DNA of 64,000 nucleotides from Mobula hypostoma (Eukaryota), in the NCBI RefSeq assembly GCF_963921235.1, contig NC_086100.1, forward strand, positions 202,184,001 through 202,248,000, read 5' to 3'. The position numbers were made by a program, and so were the translations under genes. This document shows, piece by piece, positions 52,401 through 64,000 of the stretch (position 1 is its first letter; every line of letters starts with the position of its first letter). The notes under the pieces are model-generated. The model was not told where the DNA came from and did no database searches. It was given only the letters and a program-made list of their open reading frames with translations.

Positions 52401-53104
52401 CCAATTCAACCTGCAGGTTAACCTTTAGGGTATCCTGCATAAGGACTACTAAGTCCCTTTGCATCTCTGCATTTTGAATTCTCTCCCCATCTAAATAATA
52501 GTCTGCCTGTTTATTTCTTCCACCAAAGTGCATGACCATACACTTTCCAACATTGTATTTCATTTGCCACTTCTTTGTCCATTCCCCAAAACTATCTAAG
52601 TCTCTCTGCAGGCTCTCTGTTTCCTCAACACTACCCGCTCCTCCACCTATCTTTGTATCATCGGCAAATTTAGCCGCAAATCCATTAATACTGTAGTCCA
52701 AATCATTGACATACATCGTAAAAAACAGCGGTTCCAACACCGACCCCTGTGGAACTCCACTGGTAACTCTAGGAAGTAACATTTTCATTCTCCAGTACCA
52801 TTTTCCAGTGGTCCAATATCAACTCTCACTTCCCTTTTATTCTTTATACAAGTCATAAAAACCTTTCAGTATCCTGATTTATACTATTGGATTGTCTGCC
52901 CTCATATTGCATCTTACAGCTTTTTCAGTTGCCTTCTATTAGATCATGAAAGCTTCCCAATCATCCAACTTCCCACTCACTTTTGCTACCTTGTATGCCC
53001 TTTCCTTGGTTTTTATGCAGTCCTTAACTTCCCTTGTCAGCCATGGTCACCTAGCCCTGCCATTTGAGAACAACTTTTTCTGTTCTGCGCCTTGTGTATT
53101 ATTC
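49490..53104. mobile_element. CR1 cluster, well-preserved copy 50120-52105 on the + strand
   Basis: Long ORF2 pieces 50234..50800, 50861..51286 and 51320..52024, separated mainly by point stops. Confidence 0.9.
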
Positions 53105-55423
53105 AGTGGAACAGTGGACGACCTTCAGAGACGCTGTCTACACTACCGCCCTCGAACATCTCGGACCAGCAAACCGAAGAAACCAAGACTGGCTCGATGA
53201 GAATGATGAAGAAATTCAGGCACTACTAACGGAGAAACATCAACATTACAGAGCGCATCAGAATGACCCCACATCACTAGCCAAGAAAGATGCCTTTACC
53301 AACGCAAGAAGAAAGGTGCAGGAAAAACTTCTCGAGATGCAGGACAGCTGGTTCAGCAAGAAGGCCGATGAAACCCAGGGCTATGCAGACAGCCACGACA
53401 TAAAGCGCTTCTACGATGCGCTTAAGGCTGTATACAGACCCCAGCCCTCCGGCTCCTCACCCCTCCTCAACGCAGATGAGACGCAGCTACTGACAGAGAA
53501 GCAGATTCTGGATCGGTGGGCTGAGCACTTCAACAACATCCTTAACCGCCCTGTCGAGATCAACGACGAGGCCATTGCCCGCCTGCCCCAGGTAGAGGTC
53601 AACAAGAACCTCGACACCCTGCCCACAGTAGATGAAGTCAGAAAGGCAGTGAAGCAACTCTACTGTGGCAAAGCGCCAGGACCCGATGCAATCCCTGCTG
53701 AGGTATACAAAGCAGGAGTCCCTGTCATGATGCAAAAGCTGACTGTTCTCTTCCAGTCCATGGGGAAAAAGGGACAGGTCCTGCAACAGCTGAAAGGTGC
53801 CAGCATAGTCCACATCTACAAGAGGAAAGGCAACCGCCAGTCTTGCGACAACCACCGAGGCATCTCCCTCTTGTCCATTGCGGGGAAGATTCTGGCCCGT
53901 ATCCTGCTCAACCGCCTTCTCCAACATCTTGAGCAAGGTCTGCTCCCAGAAAGCCAGTGCGGCTTCCGTGCTGAACGTGGGACTGCGGACATGATTTTTG
54001 CTGCGCGCCGACTCCAGGAAAAATGCCAGGAGCAACACAGCGACCTCTTCGTGACCTTTGTCAATCTAACCAAGGCTTTTGATACGGTCAGCAGAGAAGG
54101 CTTGTGGAAGATCATGGAGAAGTTTGGCTGCCCCAGCAAGTTCATCACAATCGTCCGGCAGTTCCACGACGGTATGATGGTGAAAGTTCTGGATGACGGC
54201 GACGAGTCGGAGGCCTTCCCAGTGACAAATGGCGTCAAACAAGGCTGCGTTCTTGCCCCGACTGTTCAGTATGGTATTCTCTGCCATGCTGACAGATGCC
54301 TTCTGTAACTACGAAGAAGGAATCCACGTCAGGTACAGGACTGACGACAGGCTGTTCAACCTTAGGAGCCTGCAGGCAGTTACAAAGGTGCGAGAGACTG
54401 TCATCAGAGACTTGTTGTTTGCTGATGACTGCGCACTCAACGCCAGCACAGAGCAGGAGATGCAGCGTGAAATGGACTGCTTCTCACAAGCCTGCAACAA
54501 CTTCGGTCTCACTATCAGCACCAAAAAGACCGAAGTTATGTACCAGCCTGCCCCAGGAAAGCCATACCAGGAGCCGTGCATCACGGTGAAAGGCCAGAAC
54601 CTCCAGGCAGTCGACAACTTCACTTACCCGGGCAGCATACTCTCTTGCGCAGTGAAAATAGACGCTGAGGTCAACAACAGGATTGCCAAAGCCAGCGCCG
54701 CCTTTGGGAGACTCCGTGAGAACGTCTGGGAGCAGAGAGGACTCAGCCTTACCACCAAGCTGAAGGTCTACTGTGCAGTAGTCCTTACCACCCTCCTTTA
54801 CGCCAGCGGGACCTGGACTGTCTACAGCAGACACGCCAAACAGCTCAACCATTTTCACCTGAGCTGTCTCCGCAGACTCCTCCACATCAGGTGGCAGGAC
54901 AAAGTCCCCGACACGGAAATCCTGGAACAAGCTGGGCTCTGCAGCGTCTACACCCTCCTGCTGAAAGCCCAAGCCAGGTGGGCTGGACATGTGGTCAGAA
55001 TGCCAGACAGCCGATCGCCTAAGCAGCTGCTGTACGGAGAACTGTGTCAGGGCAAGCGCTCAGTCGGGGGGCAGAAGAAACGTTACAAAGACTGCCTCAA
55101 AGCGTCCCTCAAAGGCCTGGGCGTCGACATCAACACGGGGGAGACACTTGCCCTCGACTGTCCAGCTTGGCGCAGCAAGATTACCACAGGAGCCCGTGCA
55201 GCTGAAGTCAGGCGCATCATCGAGGTGCAACGAAAGCGTGCTGTGCGCAAGGCTCGAGCAGCATCCACTGCCACAACAGCCCCCTTCCCACTTGTGTCCC
55301 ACATGTGGGCGAGCCTTCAGGGCCCGGATTGGCCTCATCAGTCACCTCCGGACCCACAGCCACCAATCTCCCATTTGACTTGGAAGCCATGGTCATCTTC
55401 GACTACGAAGGACGAACAACAAC
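53105..55423 (+). mobile_element. RTE-clade LINE, 5'-truncated, near-intact RT, inserted in a CR1
   Basis: KAPGPDAIPAE, RGISLLS, ESQCGFR, GVKQGCVLAP, LLFADD and C-terminal CPTCGRAF..HLRTH. Ends in a (caa)n tail. The CR1 resumes on both sides with a possible short attc duplication. Confidence 0.92.
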
Positions 55424-57000
55424 ATTCCCAGAAACTTCAGTCAGCTCCCCATCTGCCGTCATCCCCACCAGTATCCTTTTCCAATCCACCTGGACAGGCT
55501 CCTCTCCCATGCCTCTGTAATTCCCTTTTCCATTGTGATACTGATACGTGTGAGTTTTGCTTCTCCCTCTCAAATTGCAGTAGGAATTCAATCATATTAT
55601 GATCACTGTCTCCTAAGGGTTCTTTACGTTAGGCTGATTAATCAGATCTGGGTTATTACACAACACCCAATCTGAGATAGCCTTTCCCCGAGTAGGCTCA
55701 AGCACAAACTGCTCTAAAAATTCCCTCTCGTGATCCAACACCAAAATGATTTTCCCCATCCCCTTGCATATTGAAGTCCCCCATTTCAATTGTGCCATTA
55801 CCCTTATCACATGCCTGTTCCAGCTCCCTTTCCAACATCAATCCTACATCTTGGCTACTATTTGGAGGCCTATATATGATTCCCGTAATGGGTTTTTCCC
55901 CCTACTCTTGCAGTTTCTTAACTCCACTCACAAAGATGCAACATTCTCTGACCCCACGTCACCTCTTTCCAAAGATGTAATTCCATCCCTTCCATCCCTG
56001 GAAGAAAGCCAAATGATCCAAAAATCTTCTGCCCTCCCTCCTACACCAACTCCTTAAACTATTATACTCTTACTATTTGCCATGTGTTAAACTATAATCC
56101 TCCTACTTCCAGTCTCACCAGTGCGTGGCACGGGCAGCAATCCTGATACCCCAACCCTGAAGGTCCTGCCCTTTCACTTAGCGTCGAACTTCCTGAACTC
56201 ACAGGCTGTCCACCCACTTACTCAATAGGTTTCAATAGGTGGGTACTTCAGAATGCTCAGGACTTGATTCGAGGAATCCTGGACCCTGGCACCTGGAGGC
56301 AATATACCATCCAGGAATCTTGTTCTTGTTTACAGAACTTCCTTTCTGTTTCTCCAAGTAATGAATCTCCTATCACCATAGCGTGCTTCTTTCCTCAACC
56401 CCCCACCACCCCCACCTCCCCTCTGAGTGCCAGAGACATGACCACACTGACCTCCTACTGGGTCATCTCCACCAACAGTCTCCAAAATGATATTCCTGTT
56501 GTTGAGGGGGATGGCTCCAGGGGTTCTCTACACTGGCTCCTAACCCCTTTCCCCTTCATGAATGTTATCCAGTTTCCTGTGTCCTGCACCTTGGGTGTAA
56601 CTATCTCTCTATATGTCCAATCTATCACCCCCTCAACCTCCGAATGATCCAGAGTTCATCCAGTTCCAGCTCCAACTCCTTAACGTGGATTGTTAGAAGT
56701 TGCAGCTGGACACACTTCTCACAGTTGTAGTCATCATGGACAATGGAGGTCTCCCTGCCTTCCCACTTCCCACAAGAGGAGCATTCAACTATCTTGCCTG
56801 GCATCTCTACTGTCCTCACTGAGCAGATATAAAGAAGGAAAACTAATAAACTGTAGGGGAAGCATAAAATCTACCTACAACTTTTTTACCTTCTCTGACC
56901 GAAGCCTCGTAGAGCTAAAGCCTCAACATCTTCACTCGGGACACTGACCACTCCAACAGTGGCCATTACGACAATGGCCACTCTGCTTGCCCCTGCCTTA
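55424..57000 (-). mobile_element. CR1 5' remnant (endonuclease and ORF1 zinc finger)
   Basis: ECSSCGKWE..CEKCVQLQLL; continues the CR1 interrupted by the RTE. Confidence 0.75.
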
Positions 57001-57118
57001 CTTTAATTTGTTCTTGCCAATCAATCCTGAATGCTGATTGGGTGCTGCTCAAAGCTCCAAACTACCGCAAGTCGCTGACTTTTCTATTCAATCAGCAAAG
57101 CTAAGCGAACTATGTCTT

Positions 57119-57950
57119 CACACACAAAGTGCTGGAGGAACTCAGCAGGCCAGGCAGCATCCATGTAAAAAAGTATGGTCAATGTTTCGGACCGAAACCC
57201 TTCAGCAGGGCGGGAGGAAAAAGCTGAGTAGATTTAAAAGGTGGAGGGAGGGGGGAGAGAAACACCCCAGGAGATGGGTGAAATCTGGAGTGGGAGGGAT
57301 GAAGTAAAGAGCTGGGAAGTAAAGTGGTGAAAGAGACAGATGGAAGAAAGAAAAAGGGGGAGGAGCACCAGAGGGAGGTGATGGGCGGGCAAGGAGATGA
57401 GGTGAGAGAGGGAAGGGGATGGGAAACGGTGAAGGGGGGCATTACCGTGTTTGTTTATGCCATCAGGTTGGAGGCTCCCGGTGTGGCCTCCTGTACATAG
57501 GTGAGACTCGACATATATTGGGAGACCGCTTTGCTGAGCATCCATGCTCTGTCTGCCAGAACATTTTAATTCCACTTCCCATTCCCAAATGTCCATCCAT
57601 GGCCTCCTGTCGTGATGAGGCCACACTTAGGATGGAAGAACAACACCTTATATTTCATTTGGGCAGGCTCCAACCTGATGGTATGAACATTGATTTCTCA
57701 AACCTCCAGTAATGAACCCACACTACCCCGCCCACCTTCACCATTTCACCAATCAACTTCCCATCTCTTTACTTTATCCCCCTCTCCAGGTTTCACCTAT
57801 CCCCTGGTGTTTCTCTCTCCCCTCCCCAACCTACTCCTCAGCTATTCCCTCCAGTCCTGCCGAAGGGTTTCAGCCCAAAATGTCGACTTTACTCTTATCC
57901 TAGATGCCGCCTGGACTGCTCGATCCCTCCAACATTTTGTGTGCGCTGCT
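57119..57950 (+). mobile_element. Penelope-like element remnant with GIY-YIG fragment and inverted pseudo-LTR
   Basis: CGLLYIGETR..LGDRFAEH and EEQHLIFHLGRLQPDGMNIDFS. The two ends are diverged inverted repeats, each with a degenerate hammerhead motif. Confidence 0.82.
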
Positions 57951-59089
57951 TAACTCACTGGCCTTCATAAATCAATGTTTTCAGTACTATACTGGAGATT
58001 GGATGTTATCTTGAGGTTGTATAACAATTCTGAGGGGTATAAACAGGGTAAATACAAGCAGGCTTTTTCCACTGAGGTTAAGTGGGACTGCAACCGGAGG
58101 TCACGTGTTAAGGGTGAAAGTTGAGAAGTTTAAGGGGAGCATGAGGGGAAATTTCTCACTCAGAGGGTGGAGAGAGTGCGGAACAAGCTGCCAGCACAAG
58201 TGGTTGCATGTAAGCATGATTTCAATGTTTAAACAAAGTTTGGATACGCACGCGGATGGTAGGGGTAAGGACGGCCATGGTTGATGGGAGTAGGCAGTTT
58301 AAATGGTTCAGCATGGACTAGATGGGCCGAAGAGCCTGTTTCTGTGCTGTACTTTTCTGTGAATCTACGACTCTATAACCGGGGTAAAGTCAATTCTACA
58401 GAGCGAAGAAGTATTTCGGCAAGAGGGAGCTGCATGAAGGTGAATCTGTCTCATGATTGGGGAGGCAGTTAAAGTTGAGATAGAGACAGGCCAGGGGTTC
58501 AGTAAGGAAGGAAGGAAGCTGTTAACTCCCTCCCCGTGCATGTTGAACAAACAGGGAAGAGAAGTTTGAGACAGATATCCTGAAGAATGGCAGCGCAGGG
58601 GTTAAAGCGATGGTTAACGTGACTGTGATATGGCTGAGTCATGTGTAACAGGACATGGGGTGTCTGGATCCCATTAGACAAAACCACAGCTGAGGAGGAA
58701 GGGTGGCCGAAGTTTCCAGTCACACTTGGGAGGAAGCCATTTGGCCCGCTGCCTTTTTCCCTGTGGCCCCAGTAATGTATGGATCTATTTCTTTTACAGC
58801 AATGACTCCCTTTTAGTGCTACGTAAGAACCATAAGATCATAAAGCAAAGGAGCAGAATTAGGCCATTCAGCCCATCGAGTCTGCTACTCTATTTGCTCA
58901 AGGTTGATCCCAGATCCCGCTCAACCCCATACACCTGCCTTCTCACCATATCCTTTGTTGCCCTGACCAATCAGGAAATGATCAACCTGCCTTAAATATA
59001 CCCATGGACTTCACTCTGTGGCACAGCATTCCACAGATTCACTTCTCTCTGGCTAAAAAAATTCCTCCTTACCTCTGTCCAAAAGATCA

Positions 59090-60305
59090 CCTTTTGTGAT
59101 TCATGCACAAGCACTCCCAAGTCCCTCTGCACAGCAGCATGCTGCAATCTGTTACCATTTAAATAATAACCTGCTCTTCCATTTTTCCTTCTAAAGTGAT
59201 GACCTCACATTTACCAGCATTGTACTCCATCTGTCAGACCCTTGCCCACTCACTTAACCTATCTATATCTCTCTACAGACTCTCCGTAACTTCTGCACAA
59301 TTTGCTTTTCCACTCAATTTAGTATCATCAGCAAACTCAGATACACTACACTCAGTCCCCTCTTCCAGATCATTAATGTATATCGTGGACAGCTGCAGGT
59401 CCAGCACTGACCCCTGTGGCACACTGCTCACCACTGATCGCCAACCAGACTAACACCCATGTGTCCCAACTCTCTGCTTTATATTAATTAACCAATCCTC
59501 TGTCCATGCTAATACATCACCTCCAACTCTATGTACCCTTATCTAATGGATAGGTCTTTTATACAACACCTTATCAAACGCTTTATGGAAATCCAAGTAA
59601 ATGACGTCCATCTGTTCCCCTCTATCCACTACACTCATTATATCCTCAAAGAACTCCAGTAAGTTTATCAAACAGGACCTGCTTTGCTGAATCCATGCTG
59701 TGTCTGCCTGATGGATCTGTTTCTTTCCAGATGCCTCGCTATTTCTTCTTTAATGATAGCTTCAAGCATTTTCCCAACTACAGATGTTAAATTAACTGGC
59801 CTATAGTTACCTGCCTTTTGCCTACAACCTTTTTTGAACAGTGGCGTGACATTCGCCACCTTCCAGTCTGCTGGGACCTGCCCAGAATCCAGAGAATTTT
59901 GGTAAATCATCACCAAGCCTCTACTATAACTTCTGCCATTTCTTTCAGTAACCTGGGATACATTCCATCAGGACCTGGGGACTTTTCTATCTTCAGGCCC
60001 AGAAATTTGCTCAGCACTACTTCTTTAGTGATAGCTATCGTATCGAGGTCCTCACCTCCCATCACATCCATAACATCTCTCTTTGTTGTGCAGACAATAG
60101 TGCAGATTATTCAGATAATAGTCTGCAATATTGTTCCTTTTACCAAAGTGCATTAACATACATATCCCAACACTATATTCCATCTGCCACTTTTTTGCCC
60201 ATTCTTCCAATTTGTCTAAGTCCTGCTGCAATCACATTGCTTCCTCAGCACTACCTACCCCTCCACCTATCTTCGTATCATCTGCAAATTTTGCCACAAA
60301 GCCAG
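59090..60305 (-). mobile_element. CR1 ORF2 fragments of the same family as 511-1956
   Basis: IYQNSLDSGQVPADWKVANVTPLFKKGCRQKAGNYRPV. Confidence 0.85.
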
Positions 60306-60309
60306 CAAT

Positions 60310-63300
60310 TCCCCTTGGATCCCATGCCTCCTTACTTTCTCAATAAGCCTTGCATGGGGTACCTTGTCAAGTGCCTTACTGAAATTCATGTACACTGCAT
60401 CTACTGCTCTACCTTCATCAATGTGTTTAGTCACATCCTCAAAAAATTCAATCAGGCTCGGAAGGCACGACCTGCCTTTGACAAAGCCATGCTGACTATT
60501 CCTAATCATATTATACCTCTCCCAATGTTCATAAATCCTGCCTCTCAGGTTCTTCTCCATCAACTTACCAACCACTGAAGTAAGACTCACTGGTCTATAA
60601 TTTCCTGGGCTATCTCTACTCCCTTTCTTGAATAAGAGAACAACATCCTCAACCCTCCAATCTTTCGGAACCTCTCCCATCCTCTTTGATAATGCAAAGA
60701 TCATCACCAGAGGCTCAGCAATCTCCTCCCTCGCCTCCCACAGTAGTACATCTCATCCGGTCCCAGGAACTTACCCAACTTGATGCTTTCCAAAAGCTCC
60801 TGCACATCCTCTTTCTTAATATCTACCTCTTTCTTAATATCTACCTGCTCAAGCTTTTCAGTCCGCTGTAAGTCATCCCTACAATCGCCAAAATCCTTTT
60901 CTGTAGTGAATACTGAAGCAAAGCACTCATTAACTACCTCTGCTATATCCTCCGGTTCCATACACACTTTTCCACTGTCACACTTGATTGATCATATTCT
61001 CTCAGGTCTTATCCTCTTGCTCTTAAAATACATGTAGAATGCCTTGGGGTTGTCCTTAATCCCGTCCGCCAAGGCCTTCTCATGGCCCCTTCTGGCTCTC
61101 CTAAGTTCTTTCTTGAGCTCCTTCCTGCTCGTCTTATAATCTTTCAGCTCTCTATCATTACCTAGCTTTTTGAATCTTTCATAGGCTCTCTTTTTCTTCT
61201 TGACTAGAACTAAAACAGCCTTTGTACACTACGGTTCCTGTACCCTACCATCTTTTCCCTGTCTCATTGGAAGGTACCTATGCAGAACTCCACGCAAATA
61301 TCCCCTGAATATTTGCCACATTTCTTCTGTACATTTCCCTGAGAATATCTCTTTCCAATTTATGCTTCCAAGTTCCTGTCTGATAGCCTCATATTTCCCC
61401 TTACTCCAATTAAACGCTTTTCTAACTTGTCTGTTCCTACTCCTCTCCAATTCTATGGTAAAAGAGATAGAATTGTGATCACTATCTCCAAAATGCTCTC
61501 CCACTGAGAGATCTGCCACCTGACCAGGTTCATTTCCCAACACCAGATCAAGTACAGCCTGTCCTCTTGTAGGCTTATCTACAGATTGTGTCAGGAAACC
61601 TTCCTGAACACACCTAACAAACTTTACCCCAACTAAACCCCTCACTTAGGAAGATGCCAATCAATACTTGGGAAATTAAAATCTCCCACCACAACAACCC
61701 TGTTATTACACCTTTCCAGAATCTGTCTCCCTATCTGCTCCTGGATGTCCTTGTTACTATTTGGCGGTCTATAAAAATCACCCAGTAGATTTATTGACTC
61801 CTTCCTGTTCCTAACCTCCACCCACAGAGACTCTGTAGACAATCCCTCCATGTCTTCCTCCTTTTCTGCAGCCGTGACACTATCTCTGATCAACAGTGCC
61901 ACGCCCCCACCTCTTTTGCCTCCCTCCTTGTCCTTTCTGAAACATCTAAAACCCAGCACTCGAAGTAACCATTCCTGCCGCTGCACCATCCAAGTCTCTG
62001 TAATGGCCACTACATCATAGCTCCAAGTACTGATCCACGCTCAAAGCTCATCTGCTTTATTCATAATACTCCTCGCATTAAAATAGACACATCTCAAACC
62101 ATCGGTCTGAGCGTGTCCCTTCTCGATCACCTGTCTATCTTCCCTCTCGCACTGTATCCAAGCTTTCTCTATATGTGAGCCAACTGCCCATTCCTCTGTC
62201 TCTTCAGTTCGGTTCCCACCCTCCCAGCAATTCTAGTTTAAACTCTCCCCAACAGCCTTAACAAACCTCCCCACCAGGATATTGGTCCCCCTGGGATTCA
62301 AGTGTAATCTGTCCTTTTTGTACAGGTCACACCTGCCCCAAAAGAGGACCCAATGATCCAGAAATCTGAATCCCTGCCCCCTACTCCAATCCCTCAGCCA
62401 CGCATTTATCCTCCACCTCACTCTATTCCTGTACTCACTGTCACGTGGCACAGGCAGTAATCCCGAGATTACTACCTTTGAGGTCCTGATTCTCAACTTC
62501 CTTCCTAACTCCCTGTCATCTGTTTTCAGAACTTCCTCCCTTTTCCTGCCTATGTCATTGGTACCAATGTGTACCATGACCTCCAGCTGTTCTCCCTCCC
62601 ACTGCAGGGTATCGTGGACATGATCTGAAACATCCCGGACCCTGGCACCTGGAAGACAAACTACCATCTGAGTTTCTTTCCTGTGTCCACAGAATCGCCT
62701 GTCTGACCCCCTAACTATAGAGTCCCCTATCACTACTGCCTTCCTCTTCCTTTCCCTACCCTTCTGAGCCACAGGGCGGATTCTGTGCCAGAGGCACGGG
62801 CACTGTTGCTTCCCCCAGGTAGGCTGTCCCTCCCAACAGTATTCAAACAGGAGTACTTATTGTTAAGGGGGACAGCCACAGGGGTACTCTCTCGTACCTG
62901 ACTCTTCCCCTTCTCCCTCCTGACTGTTACCCACTTGTCCGTCTCCCGTGGCCCCGGTGTGACCACCTGCCTATAACTCGTCTCTATCAACTCCTCACTT
63001 TCTCTGACCAGATGAAGGTCATCGAGCTGCATCTCCAGTTCCCTAACCCGGTCCCCAAGGAGCTGCAGCTCGATGCACCTGGCACAGATGTGGCTGTCCG
63101 GGAGGCTGGGTGTCTCCAGGACCTCCCACATCTGACACCGAGCACAGACAACCGGCCTGACACACATACCTCCTGTCTGTATTCTACTCAGGTAACCTAC
63201 CTCGCCTCGACCTGTTAACGCTGAAGCCCTGTTGAGCCAAAGCCTTCCTACTCTGTCTCGCTCTACTCTGTTGCCCACTCCTCCAACACACACTTTATAA
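60310..63300 (-). mobile_element. CR1 LINE 5' portion: ORF1 (zinc finger and SGNH esterase) plus ORF2 endonuclease and start of RT
   Basis: [85 protein letters not shown]. Confidence 0.9.
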
Positions 63301-64000
63301 GGCTGTCTCCTTTTAAACTCTTTTCACTGGCTGATGTCCACACACTTGCGCAGTTGTGGCTCAATCAAACCAATGAAGAACAGTGAGTCCTTGGAATGGG
63401 CTGCCAGTGACAGTGGTGGAGATGGATACGATAGGGTCTTTTCAGAGAGTCCTGGATAGGTAGATGGAGCTCAGAAAAATAGAGAATCATGGGTAACCCT
63501 AGGTAATTTCTCAGGTAAGGACATGTTCAGCACAGCTTTGTAGGCCAAAGGGCCTGTATTGTGCTGTAGGTTTTCTATGTTTCTAATTCCATTATTGAAA
63601 TGACTGACAAGCAATGTGAAAAGTAGCAGTCCCAATACTGACCCCTGAGGAACACCACTGGTCAGTGGCAGCCAACAAGAAAAGGCCCCCTTTATTCCCT
63701 TTTGTTGCCTCCTGCCTGTCAGCCATTCCTCTATCCATGCCAGTATCTTTCCTGCAACACCACTGAATTTTATCTTGTTAAGCAGCCTCATGTGTAGCAC
63801 CTTATCAAATTCCTTCTGAAAATCCAAGTAAGTGACATCCACTGCCTCTCCTTTGTCCACCCTGCTTGTGACTTACTCAAAGAACTCTAACAGATTTGTC
63901 AGGCAAGATTTCCCTTTACATAAACCATTCTGACTTTGACATATTTTATTATTAGTCTCCAAGTACCCCAAAACCTCATCCTTAATAATAGACTCCAACA

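Overview
This is eukaryotic, intron-rich DNA. The repeat content (CR1, Rex1/Babar, RTE, L1 and Penelope retroelements plus V-SINE/HE1-like SINEs) suggests a cartilaginous fish, probably a ray or shark; that is inference. Most of the window is decayed and nested retrotransposon sequence, and most listed ORFs are TE fragments or antisense noise. Eight minus-strand exons with GT-AG boundaries (44394-44589, 38977-39085, 26373-26574, 21000-21077, 19966-20074, 9999-10134, 8603-8678, 4815-5324) splice into one open frame of 472 codons. They encode the C-terminal half of an ADAM metalloprotease, most like ADAM33/Xenopus ADAM13: end of the disintegrin domain, Cys-rich, EGF-like, transmembrane and cytoplasmic tail. 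I found neither end of the gene in this window. Main highlights: (1) a 510-nt cytoplasmic exon carrying an in-frame coding minisatellite of 11 x 12 aa (PSGSPAPSR-PPP/LIP); (2) Penelope-type minimal hammerhead ribozymes, one inside a perfect 69-bp inverted repeat; (3) a full-length 5.7-kb L1 with a 12-bp target-site duplication, lying sense within an intron; (4) two GC-rich RTE elements; (5) minisatellites next to several exons.
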